Positions 1-10,780 of a stretch of DNA of 64,000 bases are shown piece by piece; position 1 is the first letter of the stretch; the number at the start of each line of letters is the position of its first letter. The DNA is from a virus (Duplodnaviria; Caudoviricetes), in IMG/VR virus record IMGVR_UViG_3300047551_002158. One strand, given 5' to 3'. The translations under genes and the position numbers were made by a program. A model generated the notes under the pieces. It did not search any database, had not been told where the DNA came from, and saw only the letters and a program-made list of their open reading frames with translations.

Positions 1-1
1 G

Positions 2-265
2 ACAAGTGCAGGTTCTGATAGTGCAGTAGAATATAAAATTGATGCTTCCGAAATTACTGGCGGAAGAGTGTTAGCATCTGGATTTTTTAATTCTTCACAG
101 CAAGGTTCAAGTCCAGTTGATATTCTTAAAGAAGCATTATTTAAGTTCCAATTGGAAAGGGATGGATTGACTAAAACACCTTATGAACTTTCATTAGTTT
201 GTTCGGGTAGTGTAAATGGCGCAACTGTTTATGCTGCGATGGACTGGGAAGAAATTAGTAGGTAA
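2..265 (+). CDS. 3' end of a conserved cyanophage (probably virion) protein, truncated by the window edge
   Basis: Frame is open from base 2 to the TAA at 263-265; ends AAMDWEEISR; lies upstream of the head genes. Confidence 0.6.
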   Translation, partial: TSAGSDSAVEYKIDASEITGGRVLASGFFNSSQQGSSPVDILKEALFKFQLERDGLTKTPYELSLVCSGSVNGATVYAAMDWEEISR

Positions 266-319
266 TTTTAACCTCAATTTGATTAAATAATAAATAACTA
301 AAAGTGTACTATAAAAATA

Positions 320-865
320 ATGGCTCATAGACCAATAGGTGCTGGTATTTCATTAACAACAGGTGCAGCATCAGCGATGACAACATCCTTTACTGCACAG
401 TCAAATGTGGTAAGAGTTGTTGCCGTTAGTGCTGGAGCATTTGTTGCAATTGGAACCAATCCAACAGCTACAACCGCAGATTATTATGTTCCTGCTGGCG
501 GAACTGCAACTCTCGCTATCACAAAGGCATCAAATAGAGTTGTTGGAGTAACTACCGGAACGACGACAATCATTGATTGCCCAGAAGGAACTCAAGCACC
601 TTTTGGTGTTGGTGATTTTGTAACTCTTTCAGGTTCACAATATCACAATTTCACTCACGCTGAGGTTGTTTCAGTAAATACAACTTCAAATGTTAATGGA
701 TACTACCAAAAGAGGTTTACTGTAAATTATAACTCAAGTGGAATATTAACAGCATTCAGTTCTCCAGATGCATCGGTTTCACTATCATATAGGTTAGCGG
801 CAAGAACTGAAGGTAGTGCTGGTACATTATATGCACAACAAGTACAAATCTCAGGACAAGCATAA
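320..865 (+). CDS. Hypothetical, probable virion structural protein
   Basis: Late TAAATA boxes upstream; Thr/Ala/Val-rich; immediately before the prohead protease. Confidence 0.6.
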   Translation: MAHRPIGAGISLTTGAASAMTTSFTAQSNVVRVVAVSAGAFVAIGTNPTATTADYYVPAGGTATLAITKASNRVVGVTTGTTTIIDCPEGTQAPFGVGDFVTLSGSQYHNFTHAEVVSVNTTSNVNGYYQKRFTVNYNSSGILTAFSSPDASVSLSYRLAARTEGSAGTLYAQQVQISGQA

Positions 866-1512
866 TGAAACTTATCAGAGAAGAGATCGAAAAAGTAGAA
901 GTTATTACCGAAGGAAAAGGTAGTAACGCAAAACTTTATATCAAAGGACCATTTCTTCAAGCAGAATGCGTCAATAGAAATGGAAGGCTTTATCCTCTTT
1001 CAATTATGGAGAGAGAAGTAAAGCGTTATACTGAGAGTTATGTAAACAAAGGTCGTGCTCTGGGAGAACTTGGTCATCCAGATGGACCTACTGTTAATCT
1101 GGATAGAGTTTCTCATAAGATTGTTGAACTTCATCAAGAAGGAAATAACTTTATTGGTAAAGCACAGATCTTATCTACTCCAATGGGTAAGATTGCAGAA
1201 TCTCTTCTTAAGGATGGAGTTTCTCTCGGTGTTTCTTCTCGTGGCATTGGTTCTCTGAGAGAAAACCAAAAAGGTTACAGAGAAGTTGGCGAAGACTTTA
1301 TGCTTGCAACTGCTGCTGATATTGTAGCAGATCCTTCAGCACCCGATGCTTTTGTTCAGGGAATTATGGAAGGAGTTGAATGGGTTTGGAATAATGGTAT
1401 TCTTGAGCAAAAAGTTTCAAAATTTGAGAAGAGAGTTAATACTTTAGTTGATCAAGGTATTCTCGAAGAATACAAGTTATCTTTATTCAATGAGTTCTTA
1501 AACTCATTGTAA
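865..1512 (+). CDS. gp21: Prohead core protease (T4 gp21)
   Basis: MKLIRE start; GELGHP and GVSSRG motifs; ADIVADPSAPDAFV. Confidence 0.97.
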   Translation: MKLIREEIEKVEVITEGKGSNAKLYIKGPFLQAECVNRNGRLYPLSIMEREVKRYTESYVNKGRALGELGHPDGPTVNLDRVSHKIVELHQEGNNFIGKAQILSTPMGKIAESLLKDGVSLGVSSRGIGSLRENQKGYREVGEDFMLATAADIVADPSAPDAFVQGIMEGVEWVWNNGILEQKVSKFEKRVNTLVDQGILEEYKLSLFNEFLNSL

Positions 1513-1568
1513 TTTATTAAATTATAAATAAATATAGTTTATAACGTAAGGTTAAACGGAGAGTTCAA

Positions 1569-2717
1569 ATGTCTCGTGGAGATTTACAAGAAATGGAAGT
1601 AGGCACAAAGCAATCCAAAACCGCTGTTAATGCCAATGCAAAGGCAGCGGAAGCGATGCCACATTTATCCGGTTCAACACCCGGTCAAACAGCGGGATGG
1701 GAAGATCTTGGTGGTCCTGATCCTTCCAACTATCGCTCGACTGATGATTCAGCAAAACTTAAGACACCTGGTGCAACCCTCAAGCAAGTTAAGGATGTTG
1801 TAAATAAAGGTGCTAAGCCTGCTGAAGCAATGGCTGGCGTTAAGGAAGATGAAGAATTTGAGTATGATGAAGACGAAGAACTCGTAGAAGCCGCTAAGGA
1901 AGAGGAAGAAGAGGAAGAAGAAGAGGAGGGTGGTAAGAAGAAAGGCAAGAAAGAAGAGGATGAGGAAGAAGACGAAGATGAAATGAAAGAAGAGTTTGAC
2001 ATCGAAGAAGATGTTAACGCTCTTCTTGCTGGAGAAGAACTCTCTGAAGAGTTCCAAGAAAAAGCAAGAACTATTTTCGAAGCCGCTCTTCGCTCAAAGG
2101 TTTCTGATATTCAAGAAGCTCTTGAGGAGCAGTATGCACAAGCACTTGCAGAAGAAGTCGAAGAAATTAAGACTGAACTTGCAGAGCGTGTAGATGCATA
2201 CCTTGAGTATGTTGCTGGTGAGTGGATGGAAGAAAATGCACTCACCATTGAGCAAGGTCTTAAGACCGAAATGACCGAATCATTCCTACAAGGAATGAAG
2301 GGTCTTTTTGAAGAACATTATGTATCAATCCCTGAAGATAAATATGATGTGCTTGAGAGCATGGTAGAAAAACTTGATGAAATGGAGACAAAACTCAACG
2401 AGCAAATTGAGAAAAACGTTTCACTCAACAAGCGTCTCGCAGAGTCGGTTGCTGATGGAATCTTTGAACAAGTCGCTGATGGTCTTGCAGACACTCAGAA
2501 AGACAAGCTCGCTTCACTTGCCGAAAGTGTTGAGTTTGAAAGTGAAGAAGAATATCGTGAAAAACTGGAGACTTTAAAGGAATCATATTTTCCTTCAAGA
2601 GTAGTTTCTCCATCTGCAAGAACTGAAACTCTGTCAGAAGGTCTGGATGCTACCCCAGAAGCAATTTCTGGTTCAATGGCAACTTATCTGAAGACTCTTT
2701 CAGCATTCAGCAAATAA
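1569..2717 (+). CDS. gp22: Prohead core scaffold protein (T4 gp22)
   Basis: Very acidic coiled coil between gp21 and gp23; YLEYVAGEWMEEN motif. Confidence 0.93.
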   Translation: MSRGDLQEMEVGTKQSKTAVNANAKAAEAMPHLSGSTPGQTAGWEDLGGPDPSNYRSTDDSAKLKTPGATLKQVKDVVNKGAKPAEAMAGVKEDEEFEYDEDEELVEAAKEEEEEEEEEEGGKKKGKKEEDEEEDEDEMKEEFDIEEDVNALLAGEELSEEFQEKARTIFEAALRSKVSDIQEALEEQYAQALAEEVEEIKTELAERVDAYLEYVAGEWMEENALTIEQGLKTEMTESFLQGMKGLFEEHYVSIPEDKYDVLESMVEKLDEMETKLNEQIEKNVSLNKRLAESVADGIFEQVADGLADTQKDKLASLAESVEFESEEEYREKLETLKESYFPSRVVSPSARTETLSEGLDATPEAISGSMATYLKTLSAFSK

Positions 2718-2774
2718 TTGAATTTAATATAATTCAAACCAAAAAACGCACTTTAGTAAAAAGGTAAAACGCAA

Positions 2775-4196
2775 ATGTTCCATTCAGAACAATTGCAGGA
2801 AAAGTGGGCACCTCTCCTCAACTATGAGGGTCTTGATTCAATCAAAGATTCACATCGTAGAGCTGTAACCGCTGTCCTGCTCGAAAACCAAGAAAAATTC
2901 TTAAGAGAGCAATCTTCTTTCGAGACCTCAGGTTCGTTCCTGACCGAAGCTCCAACAATGACCACCAACTCCGGCGCTAATGCTGGTTTCGGAGGTCTTG
3001 CTTCAGCTAGCGGTCCTACCGCAGGTTTCGACCCCGTTCTGATCTCACTGATCAGACGTTCAATGCCTAACCTGATCGCCTATGATATTGCAGGCGTTCA
3101 ACCAATGAGTGGTCCTACTGGACTCATCTTCGCAATGCGTTCACGCTACAACAACCAGAGTGGTGCAGAAACCTTCTACAACGAAGTAGATTCTTCCTGG
3201 TCAGGTCAACCATTCGGTCGTGATAATTCGGATGGTTTCACCGATACCGCTGCTGGTATGGGTACTACTGCTCAGAGTGGTAGCAATCCATCAGTTCTGA
3301 ATCCAGTTGGCACTGCCGCTTCAACTGGTTATAACGTTGGTCAAGGTATGCGTACCGATCAGGCAGAACTGCTTGATAGTGGTGCTGATGCATTCAACCA
3401 GATGGCATTCTCGATCGAGAAGGTCACCGTTACTGCTAAGAGCCGTGCTCTGAAGGCAGAATACAGCCTTGAGCTTGCTCAGGACCTGAAGGCAATCCAT
3501 GGTCTGAACGCTGAAGCGGAACTCGCAAACATTCTCTCAACTGAGATTCTTGCCGAGATCAACCGCGAAGTTATCAGAACCATCTATAAGGTTGCTGAAC
3601 AGGGTGCTGTACAGAACGTTGCAACTCCTGGTATCTTCGACCTCGACGTTGACTCCAATGGTCGTTGGTCAGTTGAGAAGTTCAAGGGTCTTCTGTTCCA
3701 GATTGAGCGTGATGCTAACGCTATCGCTCAGAGAACTCGTCGTGGAAAGGGCAACATCATCCTTTGCTCCGCTGACGTTGCTTCAGCACTGACAATGGCT
3801 GGTGTTCTTGATTACACCCCTGCTCTGAACGCTAACCTCCAGGTAGACGATACCGGCAACACCTTTGCTGGTACTCTGATGGGCAAATTCCGCGTCTACA
3901 TTGACCCATATGCTGCTAACCTGACTTCAGGTAATGCAACTCCAGGTAACCAGTACTATGTTGTTGGTTATAAGGGTTCTTCACCTTATGACGCTGGACT
4001 CTTCTATTGTCCTTATGTTCCTCTCCAAATGGTACGTGCCGTTGGCGAGAACAGCTTCCAGCCCAAGATCGGATTTAAGACCCGTTATGGAATGGTTGCA
4101 AACCCATTCGCTGAGGGTACTACTCAGGGTCTCGGTGCTCTTACGATCAATGCTAACCGCTACTATCGTAGAGTTGCTGTTAAGAACCTTATGTGA
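2775..4196 (+). CDS. gp23: Major capsid protein (T4 gp23)
   Basis: GVQPMSGPTGLIFAMR, KSRALKAEY, FYCPYVPL, GFKTRYG motifs; likely maturation site FLTE58/A59. Confidence 0.99.
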   Translation: MFHSEQLQEKWAPLLNYEGLDSIKDSHRRAVTAVLLENQEKFLREQSSFETSGSFLTEAPTMTTNSGANAGFGGLASASGPTAGFDPVLISLIRRSMPNLIAYDIAGVQPMSGPTGLIFAMRSRYNNQSGAETFYNEVDSSWSGQPFGRDNSDGFTDTAAGMGTTAQSGSNPSVLNPVGTAASTGYNVGQGMRTDQAELLDSGADAFNQMAFSIEKVTVTAKSRALKAEYSLELAQDLKAIHGLNAEAELANILSTEILAEINREVIRTIYKVAEQGAVQNVATPGIFDLDVDSNGRWSVEKFKGLLFQIERDANAIAQRTRRGKGNIILCSADVASALTMAGVLDYTPALNANLQVDDTGNTFAGTLMGKFRVYIDPYAANLTSGNATPGNQYYVVGYKGSSPYDAGLFYCPYVPLQMVRAVGENSFQPKIGFKTRYGMVANPFAEGTTQGLGALTINANRYYRRVAVKNLM

Positions 4197-4218
4197 TCCA
4201 TTTCACATAAATTTTTTG

Positions 4219-4245
4219 GAGGGTCCAAAAGGACCCTCTTTTTTT
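4219..4245 (+). terminator. Intrinsic terminator after gp23
   Basis: GAGGGTCC-AAAA-GGACCCTC followed by T7. Confidence 0.9.
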
Positions 4246-4267
4246 ATCTAAATATTTAAAAAATGCC

Positions 4268-4819
4268 ATGGTCGCTGGACAACCTGAGAATAGGAATTTT
4301 CTATCTCCAACAGGATTTAAGTTTACATTAAAAAGAACTCCTAAAGTTGCATTTTTCTGCAACGAAGCGAATATTCCAGAATTAAATTTTGGAGTTGCAA
4401 CACAACCAACCTATTTAAAAGATATTCCAATTCCGGGAGATAAGATTGTATTTGGGGATTTAAATTTAAGATTTTTGGTTGATGAAAATCTTGAAAATTA
4501 TATGGAAATCCAAAACTGGATACGTGGTATGGGATATCCAGAAAGTCTAAAGCAGATTTATGATTTTCAAGAAACTGGATATATAACTACAAGAATAGAA
4601 GCGCAGAAACAATTGGGATTATATTCCGATGGTACGTTGCAAGTATTGACAAGTTCTTCATTACCAAACTTTCAAATAGTTTTTAAGGATTTATTTCCAT
4701 ATTCTTTAGGAACTTTAAGTTTCGATGCCACACAAACAGACATCCAATACTTTACAGCAGACGTGAGTTTCAAGTATACTATCTACAATATAGTAGATCT
4801 TGCTGGCAATCCTTTATGA
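4268..4819 (+). CDS. gp3: Tail tube terminator / tail completion protein (T4 gp3-like)
   Basis: NFLSPTGFKF...FFCNEANIP, FLVDENLENY motifs; synteny after gp23. Confidence 0.85.
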   Translation: MVAGQPENRNFLSPTGFKFTLKRTPKVAFFCNEANIPELNFGVATQPTYLKDIPIPGDKIVFGDLNLRFLVDENLENYMEIQNWIRGMGYPESLKQIYDFQETGYITTRIEAQKQLGLYSDGTLQVLTSSSLPNFQIVFKDLFPYSLGTLSFDATQTDIQYFTADVSFKYTIYNIVDLAGNPL

Positions 4820-5253
4820 GTTTAGACCTCGATACAATTCAAAAAATGTGGGAGCAAGACTCTAAAATTGATATGGACAATCTTCATACAGAGTCAACAA
4901 ACATTCCAGTCCTTCACGCAAAATATTTTGAATTGTATAATACAATATTCCTTCTTAGAAAAAAAGCAGAACAACAAAAAAGAAATATTCGACACGAAAG
5001 ATATGAATATTACTCTGGAAAAGCGGATCCAGATGTATATGTAGAAAATCCCTTTCCTAAAAAAATCAGAGATAAAGATACAATGCAAAAGTATCTTGAT
5101 GCTGATGAAAAACTTTCAACAGTTTGTTTGAAGATTGACTATTACGATACTATGTTAGTTTACATAGAGAGTATTTTGAAAATGATTCAAAACAGAACGT
5201 ATCAGATTAAAAATGCAATTGAGTTTATGCGATTTAACGCTGGATTGGGGTAA
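4816..5253 (+). CDS. uvsY: Recombination mediator UvsY
   Basis: RYEYYSGKA, YLDADE, RTYQIKNAIEF motifs. Confidence 0.92.
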   Translation: MSLDLDTIQKMWEQDSKIDMDNLHTESTNIPVLHAKYFELYNTIFLLRKKAEQQKRNIRHERYEYYSGKADPDVYVENPFPKKIRDKDTMQKYLDADEKLSTVCLKIDYYDTMLVYIESILKMIQNRTYQIKNAIEFMRFNAGLG

Positions 5254-5280
5254 ATAAATATTCATAGCAATTATGATGCT

Positions 5281-6747
5281 ATGAGTGACGTAATCATCGA
5301 AAAGAAAAATGAGGTTTACATCAAGTTACATTGTGAGCCTCATATTTTATATGAACTTCAGCAGTATTTTACGTTCGAAGTAGAATCTGCGAAATTTATG
5401 TCCCAGTATAGAAGCAGACACTGGGATGGTAAAATTCGCCTATTAAGCACTCATACGGGAGAGATATACGTTGGTCTATTAGATAAGGTCATAGACAAAC
5501 TCACTCTCCATAATTATACATATGAGTTTAAAGAGAACAAATTTTATGGATTACCTTTTGAAGTTAATGAAGGTATATCCTACGAAGGTGTCAAGGATTA
5601 TATGCAATCTATTTGCGTTCATTCTCCGCGAGAGTATCAAGTAGAGGGAGTATACGACGCTCTGCGACATAACCGAAAATTATTGATATCACCCACTGCC
5701 TCAGGAAAATCCTTGATGATTTATTCCCTTGTAAGGTATTATGTAGATAAAGGGCAAAAAATTCTTTTAGTTGTTCCGACGACATCTCTTGTAGAGCAGA
5801 TGTACAAGGATTTCCAAGACTATGGTTGGGATGCTGAGTCATATTGCCACAGGATCTATTCTGGTAGAGAAAAAACAAATGAACATTCAGTTACAATCAC
5901 TACCTGGCAGTCTATTTATAAATTAGAACGTTCATTCTTTGAGGATTATGGCGTAGTCATTGGAGATGAAGCTCATCTATTTAAGAGCAAATCTTTGATT
6001 GAAATTATGACTAAACTTCATCATGCAAAATATAGGTATGGATTTACTGGAACTTTAGACGGAACTCAAACTCATAAATGGGTTCTGGAAGGACTATTTG
6101 GACCATCATATAAGGTTACAAGAACTTATGAATTAATGCAGCAGGGTCATATTTCTCAACTAAACATTCAGTGTCTTGTTCTTAAACACCCTGCTCAAAA
6201 ATTTGAAACATATGAAGATGAAATTCAATATCTAATACAACACGAACAGAGAAATAAATTTATCACAAATCTTTCTTTAGATTTAAAAGGTAACACCTTA
6301 GTTCTCTTTTCAAGAGTAGAAGCACACGGACAACCCTTATACGAAAGGATAAATAGTACTAAGCGAGATGATCGTAAAGTATTTTTTATTCATGGTGGAG
6401 TTGATACTGAAGAGAGAGAATTGGTTAGAGAAATTACTGAAAGAGAAAACAATGCAATCATTGTTGCTTCTTACGGAACTTTTAGTACAGGGATCAATAT
6501 TAAAAATTTGCACAATGTAATATTTGCTTCTCCCAGCAAATCAAGAATACGAAATCTTCAAAGTATCGGAAGAGTGTTGAGAAAGGGAAAAAATAAAACA
6601 AAAGCAGTTCTTTATGATATCTCCGATGATTGTACTTATAACTCAAGAAAAAACTATACGTTAAATCATTTAATTGAAAGAATTAAGATTTATAATGAAG
6701 AAAATTTCAACTACGAAATAATCACTATACAACTTAAGAAAAAATGA
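5281..6747 (+). CDS. uvsW: SF2 DNA helicase UvsW
   Basis: SPTASGKS Walker A; GDEAH; GFTGT; QSIGRVLR. Confidence 0.97.
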   Translation: MSDVIIEKKNEVYIKLHCEPHILYELQQYFTFEVESAKFMSQYRSRHWDGKIRLLSTHTGEIYVGLLDKVIDKLTLHNYTYEFKENKFYGLPFEVNEGISYEGVKDYMQSICVHSPREYQVEGVYDALRHNRKLLISPTASGKSLMIYSLVRYYVDKGQKILLVVPTTSLVEQMYKDFQDYGWDAESYCHRIYSGREKTNEHSVTITTWQSIYKLERSFFEDYGVVIGDEAHLFKSKSLIEIMTKLHHAKYRYGFTGTLDGTQTHKWVLEGLFGPSYKVTRTYELMQQGHISQLNIQCLVLKHPAQKFETYEDEIQYLIQHEQRNKFITNLSLDLKGNTLVLFSRVEAHGQPLYERINSTKRDDRKVFFIHGGVDTEERELVREITERENNAIIVASYGTFSTGINIKNLHNVIFASPSKSRIRNLQSIGRVLRKGKNKTKAVLYDISDDCTYNSRKNYTLNHLIERIKIYNEENFNYEIITIQLKKK

Positions 6748-7136
6748 TAGAAGATGATTTTTATGCAACAGTTAAATTAAAAACAGGCGAAGAATTCTTT
6801 GCTAAAGTAGCAGCTTCTGAAGAAGAAGATAGAACAATACTTATCGTCACGAATCCTATTATTGTTGCAGAGATTAAAGGTAGAACTGGTATTGTTGGGT
6901 ATAAGATAGAACCCTGGCTAAAAACAACTACTGATGATATGTTTATTCTTAATTTAGATGATGTCCTTACACTATCGGAATCATCAGATATTGAAATGAT
7001 TATGATGTACCAGTCCTTTGTACGTCAATCTAATAAAGATGGTACAAATAAATCAAAGATTAATCGTAGAATGGGATATCTTTCTAATGTCAATGATGCT
7101 AAAGAGATCTTAGAGAAGCTTTATAAAAATAGCTAA
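6744..7136 (+). CDS. Conserved hypothetical protein (possibly Sm-like fold)
   Basis: VKLKTGEE start; usual position between uvsW and gp55. Confidence 0.7.
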   Translation: MIEDDFYATVKLKTGEEFFAKVAASEEEDRTILIVTNPIIVAEIKGRTGIVGYKIEPWLKTTTDDMFILNLDDVLTLSESSDIEMIMMYQSFVRQSNKDGTNKSKINRRMGYLSNVNDAKEILEKLYKNS

Positions 7137-7186
7137 GACCAATCTTTCAACCCAGACAAAGGTTATTATACAGAGTTTGAAATGCC

Positions 7187-7215
7187 TTGTCAAGCATTTG
7201 TATAAATGCTATAAT
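7187..7215 (+). promoter_or_regulatory. Sigma70-type promoter for gp55
   Basis: TTGTCA-N17-TATAAT. Confidence 0.7.
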
Positions 7216-7239
7216 TCATACATATTATGAGTTAACCTA

Positions 7240-7737
7240 ATGATAACCACAGCAGTTATGACCAAGAGAAAAAGGTCAGAGCACTACGTCAACAATAAAG
7301 AGTTTCTTGCCGCTCTAATTAAGTACCGCGAAGATAAGGAAATCGCAGAAATTCAAGGAAAACCAAAACCTCCTATTCCTCGCTACATTGGGGAGTGTTT
7401 CCTGAAGATCGCAAATCATCTTTCTTTCAAACCAAACTTCGTGAACTATATGTTCAAGGAAGATATGATTTCTGATGGCATTGAAAATTGTGTTCAGTAT
7501 ATTCATAACTTCAATCCAGAAAAGTCACAAAATCCTTTTGCATATTTTACTCAAATTATTCACTACGCTTTCCTTCGTCGCATTCAAAGAGAAAAGCGTC
7601 AGTTGGAAATCAAAAATAAAATCCTTGAGCGTTCTGGGTACTCTGAAGTGTTTGGAGATGACAATACGGTTGACGGAGCGAACTATTCCGACTATAATAG
7701 CATCAAGGATAATATTCACTCCAAACTTCGTTATTGA
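7240..7737 (+). CDS. gp55: Late-transcription sigma factor (T4 gp55)
   Basis: HYVNNKEF; FVNYMFKEDMISDGIENC; NPFAYFTQI. Confidence 0.97.
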   Translation: MITTAVMTKRKRSEHYVNNKEFLAALIKYREDKEIAEIQGKPKPPIPRYIGECFLKIANHLSFKPNFVNYMFKEDMISDGIENCVQYIHNFNPEKSQNPFAYFTQIIHYAFLRRIQREKRQLEIKNKILERSGYSEVFGDDNTVDGANYSDYNSIKDNIHSKLRY

Positions 7738-8771
7738 TGAAAGTCGCTATTATTACTGATACTCACTATGGATGTAGAAAGGGTTCAAAGTTATTTCACG
7801 ACTACTTTGAACTTTTCTACAAGAATGTGTTTTTCCCGACGCTGGAACAGTACGGGATTGATACAATCATCCATATGGGCGATGCTTTTGATAGTCGCAA
7901 ATCAATTGATTATCAAAGTTTAGAGTGGGCAAAAAGAGTTGTGTTTGAACCTCTTAAGAATTATGAGGTTCATATGATTGTTGGTAATCATGATAGTTAT
8001 TATAAGAATACGAACAATACAAACTCTCCTCAACTTCTGTTAAAGGATTATCCAAATATTAAAACGTACTCCTCTCCTACAGAAATCAAAGTTGGAAATC
8101 TTGATGTTCTTCTTCTTCCATGGATTTGTATGGAAAATGAAGAAAAGTCATTGAAGATGATCAAAAAAACTAAAGCAAAAGTTGCTATGGGTCATCTTGA
8201 GTTTCAGGGTTTCCGAGTAAACCGTCAAATAATTATGGAACATGGACTGGAAGCAAATCTTTTTGAAAACTTCTCTAAGGTATTTTCTGGTCATTACCAC
8301 ACTCGTTCTGATAATGGAACTGTTTTCTATCTGGGAAATCCTTATGAGATTTACTGGACGGATGTAAATGATACTCGTGGATTTACAATTTTTGATACAG
8401 AAACATTGGAACATACTCCAATAAACAATCCTTATAAGATGTTCTACAACATTTATTATGAGGATACTAACTATCAAACATTTGATACTCGTGAGTATGA
8501 GAACAAAATCGTAAAGGTTGTCGTTCGTAAAAAGTCAGATACTAAAAAGTTTGAAAAGTTCATTGATAAACTTTATGCATCCAATATTGCAGAGTTAAAG
8601 ATTATTGAAAATTTCGATATTCAAGAACCCGTAGAATTTGAAGCTTTTGAGAGTGAAGATACCATTTCTATCTTGAATAGATATATTGAGGAGGCAGAAA
8701 TCGGTCTTGATAAATCAGTCATTCAAAAGATGATACAAGAAATTTATCAAGAGGCATGTGAATTGGTTTAA
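7734..8771 (+). CDS. gp47: Recombination endonuclease subunit, Mre11/SbcD-like (T4 gp47)
   Basis: DTHYG, GDAFD, GNHD, GHYH metallophosphoesterase motifs. Confidence 0.97.
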   Translation: MMKVAIITDTHYGCRKGSKLFHDYFELFYKNVFFPTLEQYGIDTIIHMGDAFDSRKSIDYQSLEWAKRVVFEPLKNYEVHMIVGNHDSYYKNTNNTNSPQLLLKDYPNIKTYSSPTEIKVGNLDVLLLPWICMENEEKSLKMIKKTKAKVAMGHLEFQGFRVNRQIIMEHGLEANLFENFSKVFSGHYHTRSDNGTVFYLGNPYEIYWTDVNDTRGFTIFDTETLEHTPINNPYKMFYNIYYEDTNYQTFDTREYENKIVKVVVRKKSDTKKFEKFIDKLYASNIAELKIIENFDIQEPVEFEAFESEDTISILNRYIEEAEIGLDKSVIQKMIQEIYQEACELV

Positions 8772-9046
8772 TGTTTATTCTAACAATTAATGGTAGAGAA
8801 ACCGAAGGAGCATATTCGGTAATTGATGACGAAGGAGAACATATCTTATATCTCTTTGAAGAAGAGGATGATGCTGTTCGGTATGCTATGATGTTGGAAG
8901 AAGACGGATATCCTGAAATGCATGTGATTGAAATTGAAGATGATGTAATGATAAAAACCTGCGAAATGCATGGTTACCAATATACGCTTATTACACCTGA
9001 CGACATTGTAGTTCCTCCAAATACTTCTGATCATGATTTTATTTAA
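8771..9046 (+). CDS. Conserved acidic hypothetical protein
   Basis: Between gp47 and gp46; FEEEDDAVRYAMML. Confidence 0.7.
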   Translation: MFILTINGRETEGAYSVIDDEGEHILYLFEEEDDAVRYAMMLEEDGYPEMHVIEIEDDVMIKTCEMHGYQYTLITPDDIVVPPNTSDHDFI

Positions 9047-10745
9047 AACTATTCGTTGGAAAAATTTCTTAAGTACTGGAAACCAATATACTGAAGTTGA
9101 TTTTACCAAAAACAAAACCAATCTGATTATTGGTACAAACGGAGCAGGTAAGAGTACAGTTCTTGATGCTCTGACTTTTTCTTTGTTTGGGAAACCATTT
9201 CGTAAAATTAACAAACCTCAACTTATCAATTCTGTGAACGAAAAAGATTGTAAGGTTGAGGTTGAGTTTAGTATTAGCAATATAGAATGGAAAGTTGTAA
9301 GAGGAATTAAACCAGCTTTATTTGAAGTATGGAGAAATGGTTCTGTTTTGGACCAATCTGCAGCTGCACTTGATCAGCAAAAGTGGTTGGAGCAGAATGT
9401 CCTTAAGATGAATTATAAGTCTTTTACTCAAATTGTGATTTTGGGTTCAAGTACTTTTGTTCCCTTTATGCAACTTTCTGCTGCTCATCGCCGGGAAGTG
9501 ATTGAGGACTTGCTTGATATTAAGATTTTCTCTTCTATGAATATGGTTATCAAAGAGAAAATCCGTCAAGCAAAAGAAGAAATTAAAGTTCTGGACCTTA
9601 AGAAACAATCTCTTGCAGAAAAACTTAAAATGCAAGAAGAGTTTATTGAAGAACTTGAGAACAGAGGAAAAGATAATATTAGCAACAATAAACGGAAAAT
9701 TTCCGACTTGGATAAAGAAATTGAACAATATATGAATGAGAATTCTTCTGTAGAAGAACCTCTTCGGGAGTATATTAGAAAGCAAGATAAGTTGGTTGGA
9801 TATGCAGATAAACTTCGTAAGTTGGGGAATCTGAAAGGTAAAATCTCTCAAAAAGTATCTACGATTACCAAAGAGCATAAGTTTTTTACTGAAAATACGG
9901 TTTGTCCTACATGCACTCAAGAGATTGATGATGACTTTAGGATAAATAAGATTAAGGACGCTCAAAATAAAGCAAAGGAGTTGCAATCTGGTTATAAAGA
10001 ACTGGAGGAGGCAATTAAAGAGGAAGAGGAGCGAGAGCGTCAATTCACTGCTCTATCGAAGGAAATATCGAAATTAACGAATGGCATTTCTCAAAACAAT
10101 ATTAAGATTAACGGATTACAAAGACAAATCCGAAATCTTGAAAATGAAATTCAAACTGTTACCGAACAACTTGAAAACCGAAATTCTGAACATGAGAAGT
10201 TAGAATCCTTCAAAGACAATCTAAAAACTACATACGACGAACTCGCTTCTAAAAAAGACCTAATCAACTACTACGATTTTTCGTATAGTTTGCTCAAAGA
10301 CGGTGGAGTAAAATCCAAAATCATTAAGAAGTATCTACCGCTGATAAATCAGCAAGTAAACCGTTATCTTCAGATGATGGATTTCTATATTAACTTCACA
10401 CTTGATGAGGAGTTTAACGAAACCGTCCAGTCACCTATTCACGAAGATTTCTCCTATGCTTCCTTTAGTGAAGGAGAAAAAATGAGGATTGACCTTTCTC
10501 TACTCTTTACTTGGAGAGAAGTTGCAAGATTTAAAAACTCCGTGAATACAAATCTTCTGATTATGGATGAGGTGTTTGATAGTTCACTTGATGGATTTGG
10601 AACAGAAGAGTTCCTTAAGATTATTCGTTATGTGATTAAAGACGCAAACATTTTTGTTATCTCTCATAAAACTGGTTTGGAGGACAGATTTGAAAGTGTT
10701 ATAAAATTCTCTAAGGTAAAGGGATTTAGTAGAATGGAACAATAA
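9033..10745 (+). CDS. gp46: Recombination ATPase subunit, Rad50/SbcC-like (T4 gp46)
   Basis: GTNGAGKST; CPTC zinc hook; FSEGE signature; LLIMDE. Confidence 0.97.
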   Translation: MILFKTIRWKNFLSTGNQYTEVDFTKNKTNLIIGTNGAGKSTVLDALTFSLFGKPFRKINKPQLINSVNEKDCKVEVEFSISNIEWKVVRGIKPALFEVWRNGSVLDQSAAALDQQKWLEQNVLKMNYKSFTQIVILGSSTFVPFMQLSAAHRREVIEDLLDIKIFSSMNMVIKEKIRQAKEEIKVLDLKKQSLAEKLKMQEEFIEELENRGKDNISNNKRKISDLDKEIEQYMNENSSVEEPLREYIRKQDKLVGYADKLRKLGNLKGKISQKVSTITKEHKFFTENTVCPTCTQEIDDDFRINKIKDAQNKAKELQSGYKELEEAIKEEEERERQFTALSKEISKLTNGISQNNIKINGLQRQIRNLENEIQTVTEQLENRNSEHEKLESFKDNLKTTYDELASKKDLINYYDFSYSLLKDGGVKSKIIKKYLPLINQQVNRYLQMMDFYINFTLDEEFNETVQSPIHEDFSYASFSEGEKMRIDLSLLFTWREVARFKNSVNTNLLIMDEVFDSSLDGFGTEEFLKIIRYVIKDANIFVISHKTGLEDRFESVIKFSKVKGFSRMEQ

Positions 10746-10780
10746 GATATAAATAAGTATAGCAATTTGAAAGTGTAATA

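Noticed and set aside
1850-1995. GAA-rich low-complexity stretch in gp22
   Set aside because: Acidic tracts are normal for T4-type scaffold proteins.
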